A stretch of 64,000 nt of DNA, from the IMG/VR virus record IMGVR_UViG_3300028582_000237, positions 2,641-66,640 of that record; one strand, 5' to 3'. Below are positions 18,435 to 26,862 of the stretch, piece after piece. Source of the stretch: a virus (Duplodnaviria > Caudoviricetes). Both the position numbers and the translations under genes were made by a program. How positions within the stretch are numbered: the first letter of the stretch is position 1; every line of letters begins with the position of its first letter. The notes under the pieces were generated by a model. It ran no database searches. It saw only the letters and a list, made by a program, of their open reading frames with translations, and had not been told where the DNA came from.

Positions 18435-18926
18435 TTATCCTCTACAAATTAGATATATGATTATTGTAATTATTGAAAAGAGTATTATGCTTACTCTTAT
18501 TAAGGTAGGGGACACCCCCTTTGATTTCATTTTTTGCAAGAATATATCCCAGAAGTTTGTATCAGTAACGCCCACGTAATCCCATTTCTGCCCAATATTT
18601 ACACTTATGACAAGATCATGAACTACAATCCGAATTGCTACACTAAGTATCAACATTAATAAACTGAACAAAAATGATTCGCTTATGAAATAGATTAATA
18701 TCGCTACAACTATTTTGGTTATAGCTTTTTCCCAGCTATCATAGTCATGGAATCTATTATTCCATTTGTACAATTGCTCCTCATCAGCTTTTATTCCATT
18801 TCTATTTACAAGGTTAATCAAATAATTCCTCTGGTTTATCACGCACGCATCATGTAGCCCTTCAAATAGGTAATAAACAATCCAGAATACAGTAGTAGCT
18901 ATAATAATAATTATTTCAGGTATCAT
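18435..18926 (-). CDS. Integral membrane protein
   Basis: About four hydrophobic segments; co-oriented, 4 nt from the next gene. Confidence 0.65.
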   Translation of the reverse strand: MIPEIIIIIATTVFWIVYYLFEGLHDACVINQRNYLINLVNRNGIKADEEQLYKWNNRFHDYDSWEKAITKIVVAILIYFISESFLFSLLMLILSVAIRIVVHDLVISVNIGQKWDYVGVTDTNFWDIFLQKMKSKGVSPTLIRVSIILFSIITIIIYLICRG

Positions 18927-18944
18927 TTTATTTCTCCAGTAAAG

Positions 18945-20006
18945 TTATTTTCCGAATCGCTGAATTATTTCATCATCATACCAATTCTGCCATTTATCCT
19001 CGTCTTCAGCTCTTAGTTTAATCTGGTTATCCTTATCCACCCATTGATACTTTGGATTAATTCTTATCCACCTGCAGCGGCATGAGGGATGGTTGGGAAG
19101 AGCTGGCATACTATGCTCATGGTGATGTTTTTCACGTAAATTATTTTTGCTGTTGCCCTTTTTCTTATCTATTCTTGCCCTTTTGCTGGATGAACGGCCG
19201 AAATTGTTTTTGCCTGCCCACACATAATTTTCCCATACATCGGCCCATTTTTCATATTCTAACGGGTTCATATTCGCATAATCGGGAGCCGGTTCACTGC
19301 GAACCTTAAACACTTGTCCTGATATTAACTCCAAACAACTCTCACATGCATCCGGCAGTGAAAATCCCACAACATAATCCCCTTCCCTCATCATACTCAG
19401 GTAGCCATTGTTAAAAGCACTATTAGCCTCCGTAATTGCAACTCTCTGCCAGTCACGATTTAATTCTCCTGTATCATCCTTAATCTTCTCACGGAGGGCC
19501 TTAATTAAATCCTTTGCACTTCCCCCTCTTTTTATATTTTCTGTTAAAGTATCTCGAACTAACTGTATTGTGTCAATACTAGTATTACTTATTAAAGAAG
19601 CACCTTCCTCAATTGCTGCTTTTAAAGCAAGCGTCTCTTCAATTGATAAAGAATACTCTTTAGCTGCTTCTGCTACTGTTTCGGGTAGAGAATGTATTGA
19701 AGGTATTTTGAATGCAGTTCCGGAAAGATCTGTTTTGCTCAATAAGCGTCCAAGTGCATATGCACGAACTAACCAAATCTTTGATTCTGCTATTCGTGTG
19801 ACAAAATAATTCTTAATGAAAGTGTCAACATGTTCCAGTTCTTTTGTTGACAAATATTCTCCAGAACCGATCTTGTTATCATTTAGGTACTTAGTAAGTT
19901 CATCATAAAAAGTAAGAGGTGACAATACTTCGTTTAAGAGAATGTCTTCAATGAAGCCTAATTCTTTTAAGTGTAGTATTTTGTCGTCTATATTAGATTT
20001 TAACAT
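18945..20006 (-). CDS. MuF/SPP1 gp7-like minor head (head morphogenesis) protein
   Basis: RDWQRVAITE...AFN.G, CxxC (ACESC), P.HP.CRCRW; directly downstream of the portal. Confidence 0.85.
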   Translation of the reverse strand: MLKSNIDDKILHLKELGFIEDILLNEVLSPLTFYDELTKYLNDNKIGSGEYLSTKELEHVDTFIKNYFVTRIAESKIWLVRAYALGRLLSKTDLSGTAFKIPSIHSLPETVAEAAKEYSLSIEETLALKAAIEEGASLISNTSIDTIQLVRDTLTENIKRGGSAKDLIKALREKIKDDTGELNRDWQRVAITEANSAFNNGYLSMMREGDYVVGFSLPDACESCLELISGQVFKVRSEPAPDYANMNPLEYEKWADVWENYVWAGKNNFGRSSSKRARIDKKKGNSKNNLREKHHHEHSMPALPNHPSCRCRWIRINPKYQWVDKDNQIKLRAEDEDKWQNWYDDEIIQRFGK

Positions 20007-20025
20007 TTTATTTCTTTCGCATTTA

Positions 20026-20096
20026 ATGGCGGGCGCTTAACTTCACCCGCCTGAAAATAGAGCTGCCATAAATGAGCAGAACCTTTTAAACTGCTC
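20026..20096. other. GC-rich tandem stem-loops in the portal-MuF intergenic gap
   Basis: GGCGGG/CCCGCC (20028-20051) and GAGCAG/CTGCTC (20074-20096) inverted repeats, plus ATGGC/GCCAT; no U-tract. Confidence 0.5.
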
Positions 20097-20122
20097 TAAC
20101 GAGAATTATAGCTATCCCGGAA

Positions 20123-21940
20123 TTATTCTTCATTTAAAACACCCTCATCTATATCCACATTGTCAGAATCTTTGTATTTATCAAGTAATGCCTTATCCTT
20201 CTCTGTTAATTGCTGAGAATTTGTTCCTTCATCATTATTTTGCATCTGTCCTGCCATTGCCTGTTGCATTTCCATTTGCTGCTGCTGAGCCTGTTTTTGA
20301 TTATAGGCGGTCATTTTATTAATAATTACAGATTTAACTACTTCAAGATTTGGAGCCTTTATATCGTACAGGTTTATTTCTTCATCAATCATTAGTACTT
20401 GTTTTTCCTGATCATCTTTGGCCAATATATCATTAAGAGATTTACTTGAGGATAATTCAAGCTTCGTTATCTCCTGCTTTTCTTTTTTGTTTACCAGTTC
20501 GAAGCCTGCAAACTCCATTTTAACTGGCATCCCGGTAATTTGCTTAAACAGATTATCCCCATCCTTATCAGGAGCATTCAGGCTATCTTCCATATGATTA
20601 AGGAATATCTTCTCCCCCAGGTCTCTGTTCTCATTTATTTCACCATCAGAGGATTTATCAGAAATTGACTGTGCTTTTATTGCATCTTTATGAGCACCCA
20701 GGCTTATTTCACGCGGATCAGTGCCAGACAGCTGGCAGAAAATGGAAAAGAGAAGTGTTATCCATAAATGATACTCCATCTCCCTGGATGTTCCTCCAAT
20801 CCCAACCCATTTAGCATCACTCTTTTCACCGTTTAGTCCAAGCATAGGAAACTTGTTAGGATCAATACCGGATGCATAAGCATTCATAATCTTTTTGAAC
20901 TTTTCCAGCTGCATTGGGCCAATGCCGCCCCCGGTAAAGATTAATAAACCTTTTGGCATCCGGTTATTATTAAAATTTGAGGCGTTCATCTTTAGCGAAT
21001 TGATAATATAGGTGAGGATATTGACGGCCTGCTCAACTATGCCGAATCCTCTTTGTGCAAATCGGAAGTCAGAGCGCGTAAAAAAGTGAAACTTACGTGT
21101 CACATAATCTGTAGTAGCTGCAAAAGTATAGTCTTTGTAATTGTAGATATAATCTGGTTCTTCCTCCTCTGTAAATTTTGCTTCCCCGGATAACATGTTA
21201 TTTGAGTTTTCAAGATAAGGGGTAAGGAATGTTTCATCTAATCTTTGGAGATTAGGGTATATTCTTGATTTCTTAATTACCGGTTTAACTATTTGCGGAT
21301 CCTGAATATGTATACCCTGAGGTTCTCCTAATCCATTTCTACGGATTTCAATTGTTATATCGTCAAGGTCAAACCAATCCTCATAGCAATTACCCAGGAA
21401 TTTTGAGAAATTAGGCTTTCTGTCATTTGCAGCATAGAATAAATTATTAAATATTACATTATCCCACTGCCGAATCATTGCTTTTTCATACTTATCGGGG
21501 CTATAATCCGGATCAGCAAAAACTAACCTGCAGCCCCGTTGAATACCATCATTTTTTGGTATTCTTCCGTACTGTGCAAGACCTAACCTTCTTTTATTCT
21601 TAATTAACCTTGCTGGCTCTGTAGAACCTGCTCTCCTTAATACCCTATAAGCAACATCCTGAGTTTCCCAGTTTTTTATTTTGTAATTGCCTTTTCCAGC
21701 ATAATCAAAATTAAAGCCGTCAATATCATTTAAAACGCTCATGAATTCTTCAGCAAGCGGAAGAACTATTCCGGAATTTGTCTGATATTTACCAAGCTTT
21801 TTCTGGAAGTTTTTATCTTCCAAAAGCTCATCAAATATTTCTTCCTCTGTCATTTCCTGATATTGATCTATTTTACCAGGTTTCTTTTCTTTTGAGGGTT
21901 TTCTTTGTGTTTTTGTACTTCTTTCGATTGTTGCAAACAT
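20123..21940 (-). CDS. Portal protein (Twort/SPO1-like)
   Basis: 605 aa; F.KFL....ED....D...IEIRR...G.P......DP; GFG.VE; N..NF.....PKGLL; F.K......SG......P; EY..W...L....C...G.DP.EI; Q-rich C-terminus. Confidence 0.9.
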   Translation of the reverse strand: MFATIERSTKTQRKPSKEKKPGKIDQYQEMTEEEIFDELLEDKNFQKKLGKYQTNSGIVLPLAEEFMSVLNDIDGFNFDYAGKGNYKIKNWETQDVAYRVLRRAGSTEPARLIKNKRRLGLAQYGRIPKNDGIQRGCRLVFADPDYSPDKYEKAMIRQWDNVIFNNLFYAANDRKPNFSKFLGNCYEDWFDLDDITIEIRRNGLGEPQGIHIQDPQIVKPVIKKSRIYPNLQRLDETFLTPYLENSNNMLSGEAKFTEEEEPDYIYNYKDYTFAATTDYVTRKFHFFTRSDFRFAQRGFGIVEQAVNILTYIINSLKMNASNFNNNRMPKGLLIFTGGGIGPMQLEKFKKIMNAYASGIDPNKFPMLGLNGEKSDAKWVGIGGTSREMEYHLWITLLFSIFCQLSGTDPREISLGAHKDAIKAQSISDKSSDGEINENRDLGEKIFLNHMEDSLNAPDKDGDNLFKQITGMPVKMEFAGFELVNKKEKQEITKLELSSSKSLNDILAKDDQEKQVLMIDEEINLYDIKAPNLEVVKSVIINKMTAYNQKQAQQQQMEMQQAMAGQMQNNDEGTNSQQLTEKDKALLDKYKDSDNVDIDEGVLNEE

Positions 21941-21979
21941 ATTGTTATTGCCTTCTAACTATACACATTTCCGGGCATT

Positions 21980-22021
21980 TATTTAGCAAATTCCCGGCAA
22001 TATTAACGTGTGAAAAAGTGA
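21980..22021 (-). promoter_or_regulatory. Putative late promoter/activator box, copy 2
   Basis: TCACTTTTTCACAC-N15-AATTT-GC-TAAATA, 68 nt upstream of the portal ATG, the same geometry as copy 1; partly overlaps an imperfect 10-bp inverted repeat (21971-21997). Confidence 0.65.
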
Positions 22022-22031
22022 TTATTTGTTT

Positions 22032-22430
22032 TCATTGAATATTGTTAAGGTTAATATCTATCATGCCCATTTTACGATCAGAATAAATCAGGTATTTAAT
22101 CCACGTATCATATTCATTTTCAGCAAAATCCCTCAATTCTATCATTTCCTCTGCTGATATCTCGATCTTATATAGGTCGTTAAAAACTTTAGCATAATTA
22201 CTGTCATGTGGGGCTAAAGGTATTTCTTTCTCCCCTTCTTTCCTGGTAAGTTTTTTATCAAGAATCATCTGTTTAACAGCGCGGTATTTTTGTACTAAGC
22301 CATCTAACAAAGCCTCCCTGCCATCCTCAAAAGGATTTATGTCTAGTTCGTTGTTAATTTTCATGATTTTTACTCTTTGATTTATCATAAAGTTCAGATA
22401 CCCATAAGAAATAGCTGATAATTGGTCCAA
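22032..22430 (-). CDS. Hypothetical protein
   Basis: Helical, charged ORF; true start may be the internal MKINNEL. Confidence 0.55.
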   Translation of the reverse strand: MDQLSAISYGYLNFMINQRVKIMKINNELDINPFEDGREALLDGLVQKYRAVKQMILDKKLTRKEGEKEIPLAPHDSNYAKVFNDLYKIEISAEEMIELRDFAENEYDTWIKYLIYSDRKMGMIDINLNNIQ

Positions 22431-22566
22431 GAATTAAACAAGTAATAATTGCTATAGTTTTAGGATATTTATTTTCTAAAGAACATAAAAGCTTATCTGA
22501 AATAAATGCTAATGGGATACCGACCAAGCTCCAGAAAATTGTGATGGAACAAATATTTTCTACCAT
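22354..22566 (-). CDS. Small two-TM membrane protein
   Basis: Two hydrophobic helices, co-oriented in the gene run. Confidence 0.5.
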   Translation of the reverse strand: MVENICSITIFWSLVGIPLAFISDKLLCSLENKYPKTIAIITCLILGPIISYFLWVSELYDKSKSKNHEN

Positions 22567-22573
22567 TATCCTC

Positions 22574-22762
22574 TCACTTTCTTAGGTTTATTTCAGTTAC
22601 CTTGTTAAGCTTATTTTTACCACACTCTTCCAGGTGCTTGTCCAGCATCCCCCTTTTTATCCTTTGCCCACATTCAGGGCAACTTACGCAGCAGGATATA
22701 ACATGTTTAACATTCTGATTATTATGGCATGGACAATCGCATTTATATTTATTTTTAACCAT
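22574..22762 (-). CDS. Small Cys-rich (zinc-binding) protein
   Basis: CDCPCH...CC..CPECG...H...C; SD GGAGG upstream. Confidence 0.6.
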   Translation of the reverse strand: MVKNKYKCDCPCHNNQNVKHVISCCVSCPECGQRIKRGMLDKHLEECGKNKLNKVTEINLRK

Positions 22763-22770
22763 ATTACCTC

Positions 22771-23244
22771 CTATAATGGGCTTGCGGCGGATAAATTCCT
22801 TACTTCATAGGTAAGCGACTTAACCTGCCGGTCCATTTGGTTTATTTTTGATATTAAATCATTTTCTGTTCTGCTGGGTGCCTGGGCTTTCTCATATGAG
22901 AGTTGTGTTATAACTCCTTTATGAATTTCAAGTATATTTTTATTCAGCCTGTAAACAAATTTGAATACTTTATTTTGTAAGGCACACTCACTATCTAGCA
23001 TTTCCCTGAAAAGAGTGACGCTTACTTGACCCTTTTTTGTTTTTGTTGCCTCGGTATGAGAATAATTGCCACGAGCTTTAAGCAACAGGAATTCGGCTTC
23101 GGCTTCAAGAGCGGGCAACCTTGCAATATATGAATTGAGAGTGCTGAGATATTCTTTTAATTCTTCCCCTGAATTATGATTATACCTTTGGGTAAGAAAA
23201 GCTGATATCTCTGTAATTTCGTTTAGAATATCAATAGTTTCCAT
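22771..23244 (-). CDS. Conserved helical phage protein
   Basis: 157 aa, coupled to dnaN (TAATG overlap). Confidence 0.6.
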   Translation of the reverse strand: METIDILNEITEISAFLTQRYNHNSGEELKEYLSTLNSYIARLPALEAEAEFLLLKARGNYSHTEATKTKKGQVSVTLFREMLDSECALQNKVFKFVYRLNKNILEIHKGVITQLSYEKAQAPSRTENDLISKINQMDRQVKSLTYEVRNLSAASPL

Positions 23245-24344
23245 TACATTCTCATCGGCATAAGTAAAGAATATGATCTATCATCATTAGGGTCCGTCAC
23301 CACCATTGCAGAACTGGCATTCTTAAAAGATAACTTTATTTCAGACGAAGGATATTTATCAAGTGTTTTAAATAGTTTGACTCCATCAAAAGCGATTAGT
23401 AATTCATCACTGCTAAACTTACATTCATATTTTTCTTCACCATACCGGCCCTGTTCGGCATTTTCGGTTTTCAGTAGAAGGGAATTTTCTTTGAATAATA
23501 ATTCCGTTTTAATACTGTTTTCGTAGGACAACAAATTCAATCGTTTTATTGAACTAATTATATCCGATTTATTGATATAAGCCTCTATATTATTATTCTC
23601 CGGTATTACCTTTTCATAAGCCGGAAATGCGTCTCCGATCAATCTGGAAACCACAATATCATTATCAATTATGAATTTTACATGTGTTTGATTATAGATT
23701 ATGTCTAAATTGCCGTCCTTCGCGGTATACTTTTTTAATATAGAAATAGCCTCTTTTGGTATTACTATTTTTGCAGGTATTAGATCGTTGGGAGTATTAA
23801 CATCAATTCTAAATATTGATAATTTATGTCCATTTGTCGCAACAATTTTTATACAATCTTTCATTATATCAAATAATACTCCGGCCATTGATGCTCTGAT
23901 ATTATCACTGGCAATACAATCTTCCACGAACTGGATTGCTCTTAATACAACATCTTTAGGAATTAATTCTATCTTTGTCCCGCTCACTTCTGCAGTTTGC
24001 GGGTAATCAGATAAATCAGTCAATATGGGTATATTGAAATTCCCTGTTTTATTTTCCAGAACTAGTTTTTTCTCTTTAATATTAAGAACAATATCCTCAT
24101 TTAAAGTTGCTATAAGATTATAAGCTAGTTTTGCAGGAATTAAAATCTTACAATTACCTTCACTCTTTATCTGCTCTCTGGCTTCTACTACTGACATCAT
24201 ATCGCTGCCAGTAATAATTATTTCATTATCCTTTACCTCCAGCAAGAAATAACCTAATGCAAAGATTACAGGATTTGTTGGTATTGGCATAATTGCCTTT
24301 GCCATCAGTTTTTCTATCAGTTTACTTGTTATTTTTATTTTCAT
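23244..24344 (-). CDS. dnaN: DNA polymerase III beta sliding clamp (phage-encoded)
   Basis: 366 aa; ILIPAK, DYP, ASDNIRASMAGVLF, VATNGHKL, VIPK.A, SRLIG..FP.YE.VIP, I.F....L...L, LLMPMR C-terminus. Confidence 0.95.
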   Translation of the reverse strand: MKIKITSKLIEKLMAKAIMPIPTNPVIFALGYFLLEVKDNEIIITGSDMMSVVEAREQIKSEGNCKILIPAKLAYNLIATLNEDIVLNIKEKKLVLENKTGNFNIPILTDLSDYPQTAEVSGTKIELIPKDVVLRAIQFVEDCIASDNIRASMAGVLFDIMKDCIKIVATNGHKLSIFRIDVNTPNDLIPAKIVIPKEAISILKKYTAKDGNLDIIYNQTHVKFIIDNDIVVSRLIGDAFPAYEKVIPENNNIEAYINKSDIISSIKRLNLLSYENSIKTELLFKENSLLLKTENAEQGRYGEEKYECKFSSDELLIAFDGVKLFKTLDKYPSSEIKLSFKNASSAMVVTDPNDDRSYSLLMPMRM

Positions 24345-24829
24345 TATCTCTCTCCATATGCTATTTTTCTTAATGAGTCAAATGTTAAATGCGGATATAA
24401 TTCCTGAATTGGTTTTAATCTCTCACTTACACTTTTCTTTTTTTCACCTGGTTTGAGAATTGCAGATTCTTTGTACATTTGTCTGATTGCAATATTTCTC
24501 AATGTAATACTATCAAACACTTTTAGTTCATCTAATTTTTGATATTGTTCATCTGTGAGAATGTTTGAGAATGGATTATTGTTAGATACTTCTATTTCAG
24601 CCCCATTCTGAAAAACAATGATATTTCCACGGAATCCACATTTTTCCCTTAGTTCATTTTGTAAATTCTGGAGGTAATTTAATGGGATTTCATCTTTTGA
24701 TTTAATTATCATTATACCATTTTTTGCTATATTCATTTCTCTTATTTCTGTCCCTGAAGCAAAAGTAATTAGGCATTTTTCCATTTTATGCTCCTTCTTT
24801 TTGTTTGTCAATATCAGAAGTAATTTCAC
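24344..24829 (-). CDS. Hypothetical protein with possible C-terminal Mor-like HTH
   Basis: LRNIAIRQMY...SVSERL..I...Y.HLT.DSLRKI pattern. Confidence 0.45.
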   Translation of the reverse strand: MKLLLILTNKKKEHKMEKCLITFASGTEIREMNIAKNGIMIIKSKDEIPLNYLQNLQNELREKCGFRGNIIVFQNGAEIEVSNNNPFSNILTDEQYQKLDELKVFDSITLRNIAIRQMYKESAILKPGEKKKSVSERLKPIQELYPHLTFDSLRKIAYGER

Positions 24830-25238
24830 TATAAAGAGTATTAATCCTCTCTTCCGACTTATTTACAACTTTATATGTACACCCTTTATGTTCACATTTT
24901 CCATCCCGGCAAAATGGATATATCCTGCACATATCAGGCCGGGTATCATAAATTTTACAATCATGAGTAGCTCTATCATAATGTTTGCAGGTAAATATTT
25001 TACCTATCTCATCCACTTTATAACTGTGTTCACCCTGCTTATTTATTTCTTCAATTTGTTCAATTGTTAATGGAATCAGCATATCTCGGATTATTTCAAT
25101 ATCCGCAGTGTGATCACGTCTTGGAGATTTTATTTCTTCTAAAGTAAGTCCCATTATTCCAAAATGTTTGCAACATTCCCCCGAACATCTTCCACTAACC
25201 TCAAATTCCCCGTAATAATTGTTTATTATTTCACTCAT
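24786..25238 (-). CDS. YkgJ-family cysteine-cluster protein
   Basis: C.G.CC; C..Y......C.IY..RP..CR.YP. Confidence 0.85.
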   Translation of the reverse strand: MSEIINNYYGEFEVSGRCSGECCKHFGIMGLTLEEIKSPRRDHTADIEIIRDMLIPLTIEQIEEINKQGEHSYKVDEIGKIFTCKHYDRATHDCKIYDTRPDMCRIYPFCRDGKCEHKGCTYKVVNKSEERINTLYSEITSDIDKQKEGA

Positions 25239-25246
25239 ATATGCTC

Positions 25247-25726
25247 CTATTTATTTATTAGTTTTTGAACTTCGTCTGCTATTTCAAATTCCCAATTAAG
25301 TTTATTTGTTCTATCGGTTGTATATCTCAATAACCTCCAGCCATGCATTGTGGCCAGATTATATTTTTTAGCATCCTTGCTGTATCCTGCTCCCCGGGTA
25401 TGGCGGCCACCTGTAAATGTGCCACCTTCAAACTCAATTGCTATTTTATGAACGGGGATTGCTATATCAAATCTGAATCTTCTGTCATGCAAGAATTTAT
25501 ATTCCCTTTCTGCCTCTACCCCTATCATTTTTAAAGCTGCAACAATAGGAGCGCAATAATCAACTGTTTCTTTTTTTGCTTTTCTCTTTTTTTTCTTGCC
25601 ATTTTCTAAGTTACCTTCAGCATTAACAAACGTGTGACTAATTCCTTTTTCACTTAGTTTCTCAATATCCTTCATCGTCCATCCTGAAAATCTGCTCATA
25701 ACTTTTCTCCTGTACATTCCGGACAC
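25247..25726 (-). CDS. PD-(D/E)XK endonuclease (DUF559/Vsr-like, possible resolvase)
   Basis: EREYKF...RRFRFDIA.P..KIAIEFEGG....GRHTRG.GY..D..KYN.A...GW.LLRYT. Confidence 0.85.
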   Translation of the reverse strand: MSGMYRRKVMSRFSGWTMKDIEKLSEKGISHTFVNAEGNLENGKKKKRKAKKETVDYCAPIVAALKMIGVEAEREYKFLHDRRFRFDIAIPVHKIAIEFEGGTFTGGRHTRGAGYSKDAKKYNLATMHGWRLLRYTTDRTNKLNWEFEIADEVQKLINK

Positions 25727-26277
25727 TTTAACCTTTCAAGATTTTCAGGATACCCATATTTATAAAGTTGTCTAAGTAGCCAATAGCCAATTGCATGTAA
25801 TCTTTCCAAGCTAATTGTTTGATATATTGGCTTCTTTGTTTCAAATACTGACCTTCCCTTTGCTTCCAACAATCCCCAGAAGGTGGGAATTTCTTCTGGA
25901 GACAATAATCCCATTGGTGCTATAATCCAGTGAAAATTTCCTATTGGGGAAAGCCTATTATCATGAGAATTGCCATTTTCTTTAAATGTTTTAAGAAAAT
26001 CTGGCCTACTTACCTTTGCCTCAAAGATAAATACCAGGTCATCCACTCTTTTAATGTTACTTCCATAATATTCATCATATCTTAATTGCCAATCACCTAT
26101 TGCCAGACCATCAACAGTATATTTTTTATCTATCCATATCTCAACACCTGTTCTTAAACCTCTTTGTGTGGCTTTATTATTAATCCATCGTATTGCTCTA
26201 TGTGACAACTCTGCGTGTAAATTACTTTGATTCTTTTTATCATTCATTACCTGAATATCATTTGGTTCTACTATCAA
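25696..26277 (-). CDS. MmcB-like PD-(D/E)XK protein
   Basis: VDGLAI, IFEAKVSR.DF, N.HW..AP.GL....E.P..WGLL. Confidence 0.7.
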   Translation of the reverse strand: MIVEPNDIQVMNDKKNQSNLHAELSHRAIRWINNKATQRGLRTGVEIWIDKKYTVDGLAIGDWQLRYDEYYGSNIKRVDDLVFIFEAKVSRPDFLKTFKENGNSHDNRLSPIGNFHWIIAPMGLLSPEEIPTFWGLLEAKGRSVFETKKPIYQTISLERLHAIGYWLLRQLYKYGYPENLERLKCPECTGEKL

Positions 26278-26675
26278 AATATTACCTCCTGCACATATCT
26301 AAAGCCCTGGAATCCCTGCATTGCTATTGGGTGTATAGCCTTAATTACAGGTGCCGTGACCTCCACCCATATCTTACCGGATTTAATACCTCCTGTATAG
26401 CACTCAATTGAACCTCCTTTTTGGTAGCCTACAATATTGGCCCTATACCTTATGGCATTATCAAAGTTTATGTAGAAGTATAAAACCTTATATTGTGGTT
26501 TTCCGGATAGGTTATAAAGCCATGAATCCTCTTCATTATTATTCAACTTATGCATAAAGTCCTGTTCCCAGCCCTTTACTCCTTTTGGTAAATCTTTTAC
26601 CCATTCAACCGGCATAGTTTTAATTATACCTACAGGAGGTATATCATACTTATTCATGTAACCTTTTTTCGCCAA
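26274..26675 (-). CDS. Hypothetical protein (possibly PUA/ASCH-like)
   Basis: C-terminal MQGFQGFRYV; beta-rich pattern. Confidence 0.55.
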   Translation of the reverse strand: MAKKGYMNKYDIPPVGIIKTMPVEWVKDLPKGVKGWEQDFMHKLNNNEEDSWLYNLSGKPQYKVLYFYINFDNAIRYRANIVGYQKGGSIECYTGGIKSGKIWVEVTAPVIKAIHPIAMQGFQGFRYVQEVIF

Positions 26676-26847
26676 TAATTGTTATAAAAAATAATTCTAA
26701 ATACCATTGGTGCTCTACAAACTCAACAGCAAATAAACTATCACATCTGAAATATCCATTATAGGGATACTCTATCGTGACAATTGAAAAGGAATAATTG
26801 TTGCAGAACCAGTCAAGTAATAATGTGACAAAACAAAAGTTTAACAT
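26650..26847 (-). CDS. Hypothetical small protein
   Basis: SD-like AGGTGAG upstream; fills the gap between two co-oriented genes. Confidence 0.4.
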   Translation of the reverse strand: MLNFCFVTLLLDWFCNNYSFSIVTIEYPYNGYFRCDSLFAVEFVEHQWYLELFFITIIGEKRLHE

Positions 26848-26862
26848 TTGCTCACCTATTGT

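Noticed and set aside
17978-18926. Lysis cassette (holin/spanin)
   Set aside because: Membrane topology is compatible, but no endolysin or lipoprotein spanin partner is adjacent, so the call is unsupported.
20210-20300. Q/M-rich low-complexity tract at the portal C-terminus as a repeat element
   Set aside because: Coding low-complexity tail commonly seen in large-phage portals; not an independent repeat.
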